Numbered from the stretch's first letter, positions 20,967 through 31,247 are shown. The stretch: DNA of 64,000 nt from an uncultured Bdellovibrionales bacterium (GCA_964440305.1 CAYTRS010000002.1:4048-68047), one strand, 5' to 3'. Numbers and translations: made by a program. Notes: generated by a model from the sequence alone, not told the origin.

Positions 20967-21728
20967 ATGAAAACACAATACTCAAAAAAGCAAATTCTGA
21001 AATTGGCGGGATTCGGTTCCCTTGCACTGATTTTGGGATTAGGCGTAACCAACGCATTCGCTTCCAATGGGGGCGGACAAAGCGTGCAGGAGAAAATCCA
21101 ATCCCTGTTGAGCAAGTTGCAAGTTGCATCACAGCAGGAACAAAAAAGCGGTCGGCTTGTTGATACTCCCCAAGGCAAAGTCTTTGTGGGAGAGTCAGCA
21201 AAAAAGATGGAAACGATGCACAATGACACACAGGCCGAGATAGATGCCTTGATCGCCCGACCGGAAAACGAAAGACAAAAGGCTATTTCTGAAATCAAAA
21301 AATTCTCGGGTAAATCAGACTTGGCCGTCAATTACAAAAACACAAGCAAGTCATCCTACAATGCCAATGTTTCGGCAGAAGTTTACACAACTGATTTTGA
21401 CCAATATGAGGTGGATGCGAGAAATAATCAGATCATCCAATTCGGTCCGAAACCTCTTGAGATTGGACAAGCGTCTAAGAAATTTGATACTACCGCCCGT
21501 TATTCAAAAGCTGAATTAGAAACGCTGGCTCGCCAATTCATCGCCAAAAACGCGCCTGATGTAAAAGTCGATGATCTCACCGCTAAATTCGGTGACAAAG
21601 ATGGCGTAAATTATTTCTTCCGTTGGGAAGATACATCCCGGGAAATCGAGGATATGCATCCGTTTATCCAGGTCGGATTTTCTCGCGGCGGCGACTTGCT
21701 AAGTTACACAAACTCTCTTGGACTTTAA
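20967..21728 (+). CDS. Secreted hypothetical protein
   Basis: Likely start MKTQYSKK at 20967; signal peptide ending ...VTNAFA. Confidence 0.75.
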   Translation: MKTQYSKKQILKLAGFGSLALILGLGVTNAFASNGGGQSVQEKIQSLLSKLQVASQQEQKSGRLVDTPQGKVFVGESAKKMETMHNDTQAEIDALIARPENERQKAISEIKKFSGKSDLAVNYKNTSKSSYNANVSAEVYTTDFDQYEVDARNNQIIQFGPKPLEIGQASKKFDTTARYSKAELETLARQFIAKNAPDVKVDDLTAKFGDKDGVNYFFRWEDTSREIEDMHPFIQVGFSRGGDLLSYTNSLGL

Positions 21729-21750
21729 TTATTAATCTCAAAACAAAAAT

Positions 21751-22281
21751 ATGGGAAATTTAAAAACATCCAAGCGAGCAATGCTTTTCTCGATGATCGC
21801 AATGGTCGCGGTGCTCGCCGGAGGCGTCAAATCGGCGCACGCTCTTTCTGGAACCTACAACTACGCCAGCAGCGGTTCATACTATACGGAATATGGCCCT
21901 TCTGGGTACTGGCACACAACAACAAATGCGGGCTATTGCGGACACATCAGCGGGAGCTGCAGTCCGAACAGTATGAGATGGACTTATAACAACGGATGTT
22001 TTCCAAGCAACCAAGCTCAATGGAATAACATCGATTCGGCTCAAAACGGAACAGAAAAAGTTTTTATTCCAGGTAGCAGTGCAACAACTACCCGAGCGCC
22101 ATATACCATGACCTATAACGGAGCCAGTACGCACACCTTTACAATAAACCAAAATGCGTATTATGATACTTGGATTTTGGCCGGAACTTATTACGACATC
22201 CGTAACACCTGGCTTTCCGACGCAACCTGCGAAGGAAGTTCAACACAAGTTGGATTCGATGAAATTCGCATCATGTACTAG
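21751..22281 (+). CDS. Secreted protein with golvesin/carbohydrate-binding-like beta domain
   Basis: Signal peptide (...SAHA); AQW, VFIP, APYT, INQN..W..GTY and VGFDEIR motifs. Confidence 0.6.
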   Translation: MGNLKTSKRAMLFSMIAMVAVLAGGVKSAHALSGTYNYASSGSYYTEYGPSGYWHTTTNAGYCGHISGSCSPNSMRWTYNNGCFPSNQAQWNNIDSAQNGTEKVFIPGSSATTTRAPYTMTYNGASTHTFTINQNAYYDTWILAGTYYDIRNTWLSDATCEGSSTQVGFDEIRIMY

Positions 22282-22302
22282 AAAATTTACTGACTATCAG
22301 AC

Positions 22303-22336
22303 AAAAACAAAACGGGATTAATCCCGTTTTGTTTTT
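22303..22336. terminator. Bidirectional intrinsic terminator
   Basis: Perfect inverted repeat AAAAACAAAACGGGAT-TA-ATCCCGTTTTGTTTTT between convergent genes. Confidence 0.85.
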
Positions 22337-22351
22337 TATTGAAGAATGTTT

Positions 22352-23746
22352 TTATTGATTCACAACTTCCCAAAATCCACCCTTATCCGGTCCGATTCTT
22401 TTTATAATTCCCTTGTCTTTTAAGACTTTGACATTATACTCCACTGTTTTTTTCGAAAGCTTGCCCTCTTTCATCATTTCTTCCTTGGAGATGTTTCTAT
22501 TTTTTTCAATCAGACTAACAATGATTTTCTGATTTTCCCTCAATTTTCCTACTCCCTTTTCTACCCCCCGTTCTACTCCCTTTTCTACCCCCTCTTTATA
22601 TTTCTCCATCCTTTGCTCAATGCTCATTTTCTGCAAGTCCGGTCTTTCAAAAGTGATGCTGAAGCGGACATCGCTGACATCCAGTTTTGGATGAGGTAGA
22701 AAATATTCATCCATCATCTCGCTCATTCTCATCAGTCCTGATCCGATCTTTTCCACCAATTCCATTCTTTGCATCAGTCCGAATAGCAGAGTATTTCTGG
22801 GAAAACTTTTTTTGTATAAATCTTCGACTTTGATGTTGCCAATCAAACTCCCCGGATTATCAATTTCTATCCTGTCAGAAAAAATACTGATCTGGATATT
22901 CCCGATGGAAAAATAATCCCTGTGAGCTATCGCATTCAGAAGCGCTTCCCTCAAGGCTTCCGCGGGCAACTCCAAGACTTCTTTTCTTGGACCGCCGCCC
23001 CTGATAATATATTCCGTATTTAATTTTGACTGCAAATAGTTGAAAGCTTCCTGGTAGTTCGCATACAAATCCGCGTCAAATTCTTTACTGTCGATTACCT
23101 TTGTTTTAGATTTGCCACGAAACAAGGCGCAAGTGATCGTGGCGCTGCTGATAAACCGCGAAGCTTTGTTGCAGAACATCAACACTCCTGCATTTTTCAG
23201 CTTATTATCTCCCAATAATTCTAAGTTTCGCAAAACTTCATCCCGGCTCAGTTTGGTCTCTATGCCTATTTTTTTCAAAAAGTTCCCATAAGCATCGTCA
23301 TTGAAATCCTTTTCCAGGTCGAACTTTTTATTCAATTTTTCATCGAAACGAATCAATCCTTCATCCATAAAAAGATCCCTGATTTCGTCTCTTGAGAGCT
23401 GCTGACTGTTGGCGCCTTGGCGCATATAAAATTTTCCTCCGGTTGAATAGGGTTTCTTTTTGCCTTCCGGCACATCAATAATCACCACACCTTCAAATTC
23501 GCTTATATCAACCGAAAAGATCGGATCGAATTTTCTGATCAAATCCTGAATTTCCGATTTCATCCTGTTGTTCAAAGTGACTGGTTTTATTTTACCGTCA
23601 TCAGTAACGCCGATCAAAACCTTGCCCCCATTGGCATTAGCCATGGCGCAGATTTCGCGAGCCAGATTGGAATTATAGCTTTCCTTAAATTCGAGGTTGA
23701 ATCCCTCGCCTTCCTGGATCAAAAAATCAAGTTCTTTATTGTTCAT
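22352..23746 (-). CDS. AlbA_2/Schlafen + HATPase_c_4 + winged-HTH protein
   Basis: GEGFNLEFKES, AMANANGG, ALREALLNAIAHRDY, IEIDNPG, EKIGSG, KRIGPDKGGFW. Confidence 0.85.
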   Translation of the reverse strand: MNNKELDFLIQEGEGFNLEFKESYNSNLAREICAMANANGGKVLIGVTDDGKIKPVTLNNRMKSEIQDLIRKFDPIFSVDISEFEGVVIIDVPEGKKKPYSTGGKFYMRQGANSQQLSRDEIRDLFMDEGLIRFDEKLNKKFDLEKDFNDDAYGNFLKKIGIETKLSRDEVLRNLELLGDNKLKNAGVLMFCNKASRFISSATITCALFRGKSKTKVIDSKEFDADLYANYQEAFNYLQSKLNTEYIIRGGGPRKEVLELPAEALREALLNAIAHRDYFSIGNIQISIFSDRIEIDNPGSLIGNIKVEDLYKKSFPRNTLLFGLMQRMELVEKIGSGLMRMSEMMDEYFLPHPKLDVSDVRFSITFERPDLQKMSIEQRMEKYKEGVEKGVERGVEKGVGKLRENQKIIVSLIEKNRNISKEEMMKEGKLSKKTVEYNVKVLKDKGIIKRIGPDKGGFWEVVNQ

Positions 23747-23821
23747 AAAATAAAATCATTTTATCCTTTTACTGAATTATATCAAAAAAATATACTTAAA
23801 GCCAGTCGAGATAATGCCAAA

Positions 23822-23859
23822 ATTCGTCCAGATTTTGGTTCACGGGCGATTTTTATTCC
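23822..23859 (+). repeat. Module-boundary repeat, copy 1 (diverged)
   Basis: ATTCGTCCAGATTTTGGTTCACGGGCGATTTTTATTCC matches the segment starting at 42643 at 29/38 positions by hand alignment. Confidence 0.6.
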
Positions 23860-23919
23860 ACACTCGGACAAGATACCCTTTTAGTCGCACAAATTGCGAA
23901 ATTATCCCTATTTGTGATT

Positions 23920-24129
23920 TCATCTATTCTTCGGCTCAAAAGAGGCTTTATAGCGGTTATGAACAAGCATCAAATCATCCACTATTCCCTCTAGGATTTT
24001 ATCGTGTTTTTTATTCCATCCCTTAAGGCAAATGCTTTCTCTTACCAACTCCAATATCGTTGCCATTTGGATATGCAGATCATTATTTTTCATTTGAAAT
24101 TCCAGTTGTTTTTTTCGTTGATTACTCAA
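23920..24129 (-). CDS. Small hypothetical protein
   Basis: 69 aa helical ORF directly downstream of a structured element. Confidence 0.5.
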   Translation of the reverse strand: MSNQRKKQLEFQMKNNDLHIQMATILELVRESICLKGWNKKHDKILEGIVDDLMLVHNRYKASFEPKNR

Positions 24130-24162
24130 GGCTTTTACAGTTACCTGGTTAAAAAAATATAC

Positions 24163-24277
24163 AAAAATGGTCTTCCGAACCGGACGACAATCCCTTTCGG
24201 AACTGCCCGATGACCCTTTCGGATCATCGACTCACGTGAATAAGTGCCGGTCAGAAGACCGTTTTTATTCACGTGAG
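24163..24277 (-). ncRNA. Candidate structured RNA or attenuator
   Basis: Two adjacent 9-bp hairpins with GAAA loops inside a long stem ending in U5, plus a competing 13-bp stem; G-U pairs work only on the minus strand. Confidence 0.55.
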
Positions 24278-24538
24278 ATTTTCTATTGAGCCATGCCCGT
24301 GTACGAAGACATAAGTTTAGGCTATATTGTAAATCTATTCTATCGTTTTAAGTCGTATCGGTCAATTCAATTTTGGGTTTTTTCTTGTTGGACAAAATCA
24401 ATCTCTTTAAATTATCTTCCCCTTCCTAAGTCTCCACAATCCGGAAAACGCAGAGCAGAACGGAAAATTGGACCTTGACAAGCATTGAGAGCCCTGCTAA
24501 TGTAGTTATGTAATCTAATAATAAGCTAATATAATTAT

Positions 24539-24976
24539 ATGGAAAATAAAGATTCTTGTGAAAACCGCATTATTTCTTTGATTTTCACGGCCAGTCGTAA
24601 TCTTCGGCAAGAAAGCCGTGAGAATGAGCTTGACGAAGCCGAGCGTCTTTCTATGACTCAGTTGGAGACTCTGAAATTCATAGACGAACGAAAGAACCCC
24701 TTGATGAAAGATGTGGCGGACTATTTATTCATTGCTCCGCCCTCCATTACCCCACTCATTGATGGACTGGAAACAAGAAAATTAGTAAAAAGAGGCTCAT
24801 CCAAAAATGACCGACGAGCCATTCTTATTTCCCTGACTGATAAAGGCAAGGATATTTTAGAAAAGACTATGAATAAAAAAATGAAAAGGATGGGCGATGT
24901 CTTTAAGAAATTAACCAAAGAAGAACAAAAATCACTTATCAGGATATTAGAAAAACTGTCCGCTCCCAAGCAATAA
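24539..24976 (+). CDS. MarR-family regulator
   Basis: LSMTQLETL, ITPLIDGLE..KLVKR, DRRAILISLTDKG. Confidence 0.9.
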   Translation: MENKDSCENRIISLIFTASRNLRQESRENELDEAERLSMTQLETLKFIDERKNPLMKDVADYLFIAPPSITPLIDGLETRKLVKRGSSKNDRRAILISLTDKGKDILEKTMNKKMKRMGDVFKKLTKEEQKSLIRILEKLSAPKQ

Positions 24977-24999
24977 TAATTTAATTAAACATAACTTCT

Positions 25000-26076
25000 A
25001 TGAATAGAATTAAAAACATTATCATACCTGTTTCCATCGTAGTATTGCTGGCTGTTTTGGCTGGAGTATCTTTTGCCAGTTCGCAAAGCAATCAAACATC
25101 CAATAAGACCTCTCCTCAAAGGGGCGATATTACCGACCAGCTTAAATTGTCGGGAAATATTCAACCTGAAAATACCTTGGATTTAGGTTTCGAAAGGGCT
25201 GGTAAAGTATCTAAAATTTATGTAAAGGTTGGAGATAATGTTAAAAAAGGGCAACTTTTGGCCGAACTTAATCCCGAAGAGACAAACATTTCTTACGCTC
25301 AGGCTATTAGTGACCAAAGAGTGGCGGAGGCTCAACTTGCACAGGCAAAGGATGACAAAGATGCTCAAAAAGCCAAGCTGAAAAGTGTGGAAAAATCTTC
25401 CACTGCCAATAAGTATGACGAGAAAGCTCAGAAAGAAGTGGTGAATCAATCTGATTCCAATATTAATGCCAAAGAAGCCTTGCTTCAAAAAGCCAATGAG
25501 GCGGTGCAAAACACCAAGGTGCAAGGTGGTAAGACTAAGCTTTATGCACCGACAAATGGAACTATTACCAAGCAATCGCTGGAAGAAGGGGAGATTATTT
25601 CTTCCTATACATCAGCCATATCTTTAATAGGAGACGGCACACTGGAGATTCAGGCATATGTTTCGGAAATTGAAGTGGCAAAAATTTCTTTAGGCGCAAA
25701 AGCTATGATTAAAATTGATGCCAATCAGAAAGAAAATTTGGACGCTACTGTTTCGGCGATTGACCCCGTGGAAACAAATTCTGCCAATGTTTCTTCGTAT
25801 AAAGTCACTCTGATTCCATCTTTTTCTATTGATAAGCTGAAGTCTGGTATGATGGTGGATATAATTCTGAATTTAGGAGAAAAGAAAAATACTCTTATTA
25901 TCCCGACCCAATCTGTTTTTGAAGAAAATGGAAAATCATTCGTGCTGACAATAGCTAATGGTATTCAAACTAAAAAAGAAATCCAACTGGGGGCAAATGA
26001 CCAAGCCGGCAAAGTGGAGGTTTTGTCAGGGATTGGAGAGCAAGATGAAATAGTTTCATTTAATCAGTCTAAATAA
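25000..26076 (+). CDS. Efflux periplasmic adaptor (HlyD/MFP family)
   Basis: GKVSKIYVKVGDNVKKGQLLAEL lipoyl half-motif, coiled coil, LYAPTNGTI. Confidence 0.85.
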   Translation: MNRIKNIIIPVSIVVLLAVLAGVSFASSQSNQTSNKTSPQRGDITDQLKLSGNIQPENTLDLGFERAGKVSKIYVKVGDNVKKGQLLAELNPEETNISYAQAISDQRVAEAQLAQAKDDKDAQKAKLKSVEKSSTANKYDEKAQKEVVNQSDSNINAKEALLQKANEAVQNTKVQGGKTKLYAPTNGTITKQSLEEGEIISSYTSAISLIGDGTLEIQAYVSEIEVAKISLGAKAMIKIDANQKENLDATVSAIDPVETNSANVSSYKVTLIPSFSIDKLKSGMMVDIILNLGEKKNTLIIPTQSVFEENGKSFVLTIANGIQTKKEIQLGANDQAGKVEVLSGIGEQDEIVSFNQSK

Positions 26077-26089
26077 TAGAAATAATCAT

Positions 26090-26761
26090 ATGGAGCAAAT
26101 TAAGTCAGCAGAATTTTCGGAAAAGAAAGAACCGAAAAAAATGTTCAAAAGGAAAATGGATAGAAAAATCGCTATTGGCAGTCTTATCCTTATCGTGGCG
26201 ATAGCTATTGGCGGATACGCTTATTGGAGGACAACTTCCAGTCGGATTTACATTGAAAAAGGAGAAGTTTCAGCTCCGCAAATTGACCTGTCTTCCCAAA
26301 ACGGGGGAATTTTGGAAACGCTTTGGGTCAAAGAAGGAGATACTATTTCCAGAAATCAGCCCGTCGCTCAGGTTGGAGATGAGATTATCAGAAGCCGTGA
26401 AGACGGGTTGGTGGTCAAAGTTCAAAATGAAATTGGCAGAAATTTCAATCGGGGCGAAGCGATAGTTGGGATTATAAAACCTTCTGATTTGCGGGTTTTA
26501 GGGACGATTGAAGAAAATAAAGGGCTAAGCGATATCCAGGTGGGACAAAGAGTTATCTTTACGGCTGACGCATATGGATCCAAAGAATACCAAGGCTTTG
26601 TCGATGAAATCAGTCCTAGTTCAAAAGATAAAGGTTTAGCCTTCAGTATTTCTGACAAAAGAGCTACCAGCGAATTTGTAATAAAAGTTCGTTTCAACAA
26701 TGAGGCATATCCCGAGCTTAAAAATGGGATGTCAGCTAAAATCTGGGTATATAAAAATTAA
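26090..26761 (+). CDS. Short EmrA/HlyD-like adaptor
   Basis: TM helix, LWVKEGD, IQVGQRV, LKNGMSA. Confidence 0.8.
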   Translation: MEQIKSAEFSEKKEPKKMFKRKMDRKIAIGSLILIVAIAIGGYAYWRTTSSRIYIEKGEVSAPQIDLSSQNGGILETLWVKEGDTISRNQPVAQVGDEIIRSREDGLVVKVQNEIGRNFNRGEAIVGIIKPSDLRVLGTIEENKGLSDIQVGQRVIFTADAYGSKEYQGFVDEISPSSKDKGLAFSISDKRATSEFVIKVRFNNEAYPELKNGMSAKIWVYKN

Positions 26762-26779
26762 GGAGTTTCATATACCTTT

Positions 26780-28285
26780 ATGGAAGAAAAAAATTCAGAA
26801 AAACCCCAAAAACATTCGCCTTGGATGGTTCTCATCACGGTTATGGTCGGGACATTGCTTATCGGACTGGATAGGACAGTAGTCAATCTGGGTTTGCCTA
26901 AGATGATTGCTGATTTTGGAATTTCCGTTTCCTTAGCTGGCTGGATTGCCACCGCCTATATTCTTTCCAACGCGGTTTTCGTGCCTGTTTTTGGAAAACT
27001 TGGTGATATGATAGGAGACCGAAAGATTTATCTTTGGAGCTTTGTCGCCTTTATCGGCACTTCGGTTTTGGCAGGACTTTCCTGGAACATTTCCTCAATG
27101 ATATTTTTTAGGGCTTTGCAGGGGCTGGTAGGAGCCGCCGTTTATCCAACAGCAATGTCTCTGATTGTCAAAAATTTTCCTGACCAAAAAGCGCGCGCGC
27201 AAGCATTGGGAATTTGGTCGGCCTCTTTTGCGGCTTCGGCCGTCTTTGGACCTCTGGTTGGTGGACCGCTGATTGACCTTTATTCTTGGCGGATGTTGTT
27301 TTATATCAATCTTCCTATTGGTATCATCGGTATTTTTATGGTGCTTTTCTATCTTCCGAATGACAAAGGAAAAGAGAAAAAAGGCTTTGATATTTATGGA
27401 GCTATCACGCTTGCCATTGCCCTTTCTAGTCTGGTTCTAGTTTTGGAAAAGGGACGAGAATGGGAATGGACATCGCTTACCAGTATCTTATGTTATGTGC
27501 TGGTTCTAACTTTTGGATTTTGGTTTGTCCAGATTGAGAAAAAACATCCCAGCCCGATGGTGGATTTGAAATTTTTTAAAAATCCAACTTTTGTTTCCGC
27601 TCTGCTGGTTTCTTTTATTTCCTTCGGAGGAATGATGGGCGCAATGTTTTTGCTTCCTATCTTTGTCCAGACCTATTTGGGTTTTGACGCTACTCAAACA
27701 GGATTCCTATTTCTGCCAATGGCTTTGACTATGTTTGTGGCCGCTCCGCTTGGAGCAAAACTTGCTCAGAAAATTCATGTTCGGTATAGTGTTTCATTAG
27801 GAATGCTCCTAGTGGCGTTGGCTATTTATCTTCTCACTGGGCTGGATGCCAGAACTACAGCCTCGGAACTCACACTTCCCTTGATGGTATTGGCTGTCGG
27901 AATGGGCATCGGAATGGCTCCGCTTACCAATGCGGTTGCCAGTTCGGTGCCTGCTCACGAAGTAGGCATTGCCTCAGCTGTCCTTAATCTGACAAGAAAT
28001 ATCGCTGGGGCGGTAGCAATCGCGCTTTTTGGAACACTGCTTAGTAATGTGACCGAGTCAAAAGTTTTGGAAGTTGGAGCTAATACAATAATCAATGATC
28101 CTAAATTTGCTTCACTTTTGCCAGCATTGGTCATACTTAAATCCCAAATTCTAGCTTATCGTGAAGTATTTCTTGTCGCTTCGCTTGTGACGGTAGTCGG
28201 GGCTTTTGTCGCCTTGACGCTCAGGGATTCAAGCAAGATTAAGGATGAAAAAAATGAGTTTGTTCACTTAGAGGGAGGCACTTAA
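26780..28285 (+). CDS. DHA2 (EmrB/QacA) MFS efflux permease
   Basis: LDRTVVNLGLP, GKLGDMIGDRK, GPLVGG, WRMLFYINLPIG; highly hydrophobic. Confidence 0.9.
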   Translation: MEEKNSEKPQKHSPWMVLITVMVGTLLIGLDRTVVNLGLPKMIADFGISVSLAGWIATAYILSNAVFVPVFGKLGDMIGDRKIYLWSFVAFIGTSVLAGLSWNISSMIFFRALQGLVGAAVYPTAMSLIVKNFPDQKARAQALGIWSASFAASAVFGPLVGGPLIDLYSWRMLFYINLPIGIIGIFMVLFYLPNDKGKEKKGFDIYGAITLAIALSSLVLVLEKGREWEWTSLTSILCYVLVLTFGFWFVQIEKKHPSPMVDLKFFKNPTFVSALLVSFISFGGMMGAMFLLPIFVQTYLGFDATQTGFLFLPMALTMFVAAPLGAKLAQKIHVRYSVSLGMLLVALAIYLLTGLDARTTASELTLPLMVLAVGMGIGMAPLTNAVASSVPAHEVGIASAVLNLTRNIAGAVAIALFGTLLSNVTESKVLEVGANTIINDPKFASLLPALVILKSQILAYREVFLVASLVTVVGAFVALTLRDSSKIKDEKNEFVHLEGGT

Positions 28286-28480
28286 GAGTAATCTTCTTAA
28301 ATTTACCACGAGTCACCTCCTTTCTAGGGAAATACGGTTGAGACCTCCGATTTTCGGAGTTAAGAACCCATATGGTCGTTATAGACTTTAGCATCAGGGC
28401 AACCGCAAAAGTTTGCTATAAAAACAAAGACATTATTTCCGATCGTTTCTTTTTTGAAAAAATATCAACCATCTTCCGAT

Positions 28481-30214
28481 TTACTTGCCTTTTTTAACAG
28501 CTTGTTCATTTAGTCTTTCAATGTATTTGATAACATTTTTTATTTTATCCCATCGCAAAACCTCATCAGTTATTTCGTTTGTATGCATTACCGGATTTCT
28601 TACCGGATTTATTTCTTTAGCATCATTATTCAAGCCTTTTTGATTTTTTTTCTTTTTATTCTGAACTTTATGTATTTTCATGTCTATGATCCCGGCTAAG
28701 CCACAAAGATCTAAATAATTCAAATAACTTTCATTCTTAATGATTTTTCCTTTCAGGGCGTGCCTCTCTTCGTCTTCTTCTCTGAATTTCTTTATCATAT
28801 TAAGACTATCCAAAACATCTTTTTCCTCTTCCACTGACACATCTAAATCGCCTTCCTCAATACCTTTTATTTTTATGTATTCTCTAAAAATATTTTCAAG
28901 GATGAAAAGATCCTGATAAACAAGGGTGTTTTTGTAAGAGAGCAACTTGAGTCTATTTTTTAATTTCTTCTTTGCGTCACTGTCACTAATGGTTGCATTC
29001 AACTTATCTTGAAAATCTTTCTCGCGTCGATTTCGACTCTCTTCCATCCTCACCTCGTACCCAGGTCTGGAATCTTGGTCTATATCAACATCTTGTCGTA
29101 ACTCGCGCCTCCACGGAGTCCAATCTTGTACTATCGTGAATAAGATCTTATTTAGTTCTTTCAAAAATTCTTGATACAAAGGATCACTTTTGATAATCCC
29201 TTCGCGAGAACTTGTAAATCTATCAATTTTCTCATCCTCAAATCCATCGACGTGAATTTCTCCATATAAATATTCTTCGGTAACCGTTTGTCTCGTCACC
29301 TCTTCAAAAATATCTTCCTGCCTCAAGCGACCATTAGTAAACAAGTTAACACTTGCCTTAAAATCGCCCTTGGAACCCCTGAGGAGTATTTGCTTAGCGT
29401 GTTCAACAGAAGCAACAAATCCTTTTATTTGAATCTCTTTTCCATCAAATTTAAAAGAAGTATCTTTGATAGTTTTCTCTCTTTTTAAATTTTTATACCT
29501 GTCTGCAAATCGTTTGTCTTTTGTCCCAATATACCAAATAAACTGAGTATTGGTGTTTAGCTCCTCCAGATCCTTTAGTGTTACTGGTTTATCATTTACC
29601 TTTATAACAAATGAGTCGCCTTTTTTTAGGCTAAAAATAAAATTAAATTGAGTGGCGAGATATTTTCTTATTACATCCTCACTATTGAGTCTTATGTTAA
29701 TCGTGTTGAAAATGATTTTCGTTCCACTCTTTTTGTTTGAAGGAAATAATTTATTTTTCTGATGGTCAGTCAAATTCTCAAGTAAATAGTTACCGCGTTT
29801 TTTAATTTCATCATCAAGTTCAGTGTTGTTTATAATCCCCCCCGTGGTTTCTAATCCACTCTTTTTCGATACTATCGTTACCTTATCGGAAATGGACAAC
29901 ATGGCTAATTTACCTATACCTTTTCTGCCAATTACTTTGCGTTTTGATTTATTGTCTTTGTCATCCCGTCTTGAATATCCAACATTTAAAAACTTGCCCT
30001 GAAAGTCATGGGAATCCATTCCCTTGCCATTGTCTTCAACCACGAGTTGATTTTTACTGATTGTTACTTCGACAACCTTTGCTTCCGCATCCCAGGCGTT
30101 CGAAATAGCCTCTGCGATAACGGTTGCGAAACTCCTATAGAGACCTCTTCCCAAATGGTTTAGAACCTCAAGAGAGAACTCGAACTTAAAAGATTCATCT
30201 TGTACTTCTTTCAT
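28481..30214 (-). CDS. GHKL (MORC-like) ATPase with C-terminal Swt1-like HEPN domain
   Basis: EAISNAWDA, DNGKGM, GRKGIGK, SGTKI; C-terminal LENIFREYI...YLDL...RNPVMH (RxxxxH). Confidence 0.75.
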   Translation of the reverse strand: MKEVQDESFKFEFSLEVLNHLGRGLYRSFATVIAEAISNAWDAEAKVVEVTISKNQLVVEDNGKGMDSHDFQGKFLNVGYSRRDDKDNKSKRKVIGRKGIGKLAMLSISDKVTIVSKKSGLETTGGIINNTELDDEIKKRGNYLLENLTDHQKNKLFPSNKKSGTKIIFNTINIRLNSEDVIRKYLATQFNFIFSLKKGDSFVIKVNDKPVTLKDLEELNTNTQFIWYIGTKDKRFADRYKNLKREKTIKDTSFKFDGKEIQIKGFVASVEHAKQILLRGSKGDFKASVNLFTNGRLRQEDIFEEVTRQTVTEEYLYGEIHVDGFEDEKIDRFTSSREGIIKSDPLYQEFLKELNKILFTIVQDWTPWRRELRQDVDIDQDSRPGYEVRMEESRNRREKDFQDKLNATISDSDAKKKLKNRLKLLSYKNTLVYQDLFILENIFREYIKIKGIEEGDLDVSVEEEKDVLDSLNMIKKFREEDEERHALKGKIIKNESYLNYLDLCGLAGIIDMKIHKVQNKKKKNQKGLNNDAKEINPVRNPVMHTNEITDEVLRWDKIKNVIKYIERLNEQAVKKGK

Positions 30215-31247
30215 ATTCTTTTATATGCTCTTTAATCGCCTTACCTATTATGACCCCCAGTTGTGGAGGCACTGCATTTCCTATGTGACGACACAGCTGA
30301 GTCATCGGTAAATTCCCGAAATCATACGAAACGGGAAATGTTTGCAACATTGCTCCTTCCCTCAAAGAAATCGCCCTATCCTGCTCCGGATGTCCGAAGC
30401 GACCCGATCCGTAACTGGCAAATTGCGTCGTGATTGTGGGAGAGACTTCATTCCATCGCATGCGACCGTAGACCGATGTATATGTTTGACCGCTGTCTTT
30501 CTTGTAACATTCAGGTAACAATTTTTTATCCCAATCCTTCCAAGAGCCGCCCGGCTTGGATTGGTTGATTCTCTTCATATTAGTTTCGGAAAGACTTTTG
30601 GCTTGATGCATCGGATCTTTTTTGTCCTTTTGCCCGGCTTTCAGTTTCGGTAATTTTTTTATTATATCACCCACCGTAACATAATTTTCTTTCGAATGTG
30701 TTTCTTTGGGGACTTTGATTTCCCCAAGCCGCGAGGCAAGCAATATGAGACGGCTTCTGTTTTGCGGCACTCCGTAATCAGGTGCATACACAACCTTGTA
30801 ATCAACCTTATATCGCATTTCTTCTAATCTCTTCACGAAATTTTCAAAGACATCCTCTTTTGTCACGCCGCGCACATTTTCCATCGATACCAAATCCGGC
30901 TTTACGACTTCAATCGCTCGCACGAAGTGATCCAACATATTCCACCTTTCATCCTTACCTTTCTTTCGCTGCTTGAATGCATGCGATGAAAACGGCTGAC
31001 ATGGCGCGCATCCTACCAAAACTTTGTAACTGTCCTTGGAAAACATTTTTTTCAACTCCTTGAAATCGTACTTTGAAACATCGGCTAATATGAATTCCGC
31101 TTTGTTGTTTTTTTTATAGGCGACGGCACAAGACTCGTCATTGTCAAGACCGGCCAAAACATCAATTCCCGCCTTTTTCAGACCATAGGTAAGTCCGCCT
31201 ATGCCGCTGAACAAATCTATTGCTTCTATTTTTGTTTTATTTCTCAT
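30195..31247 (-). CDS. DNA (cytosine-5) methyltransferase
   Basis: DLFSGIGG, APCQPFS, ENV, YGVPQNRSR, REGAMLQTFP, IGNAVPP. Confidence 0.95.
   Translation of the reverse strand: MRNKTKIEAIDLFSGIGGLTYGLKKAGIDVLAGLDNDESCAVAYKKNNKAEFILADVSKYDFKELKKMFSKDSYKVLVGCAPCQPFSSHAFKQRKKGKDERWNMLDHFVRAIEVVKPDLVSMENVRGVTKEDVFENFVKRLEEMRYKVDYKVVYAPDYGVPQNRSRLILLASRLGEIKVPKETHSKENYVTVGDIIKKLPKLKAGQKDKKDPMHQAKSLSETNMKRINQSKPGGSWKDWDKKLLPECYKKDSGQTYTSVYGRMRWNEVSPTITTQFASYGSGRFGHPEQDRAISLREGAMLQTFPVSYDFGNLPMTQLCRHIGNAVPPQLGVIIGKAIKEHIKEYERSTR

Noticed and set aside
22549-22592. Imperfect 12-bp repeats encoding GVEK/GVER
   Set aside because: Low-complexity linker usual before the HTH in this protein family.
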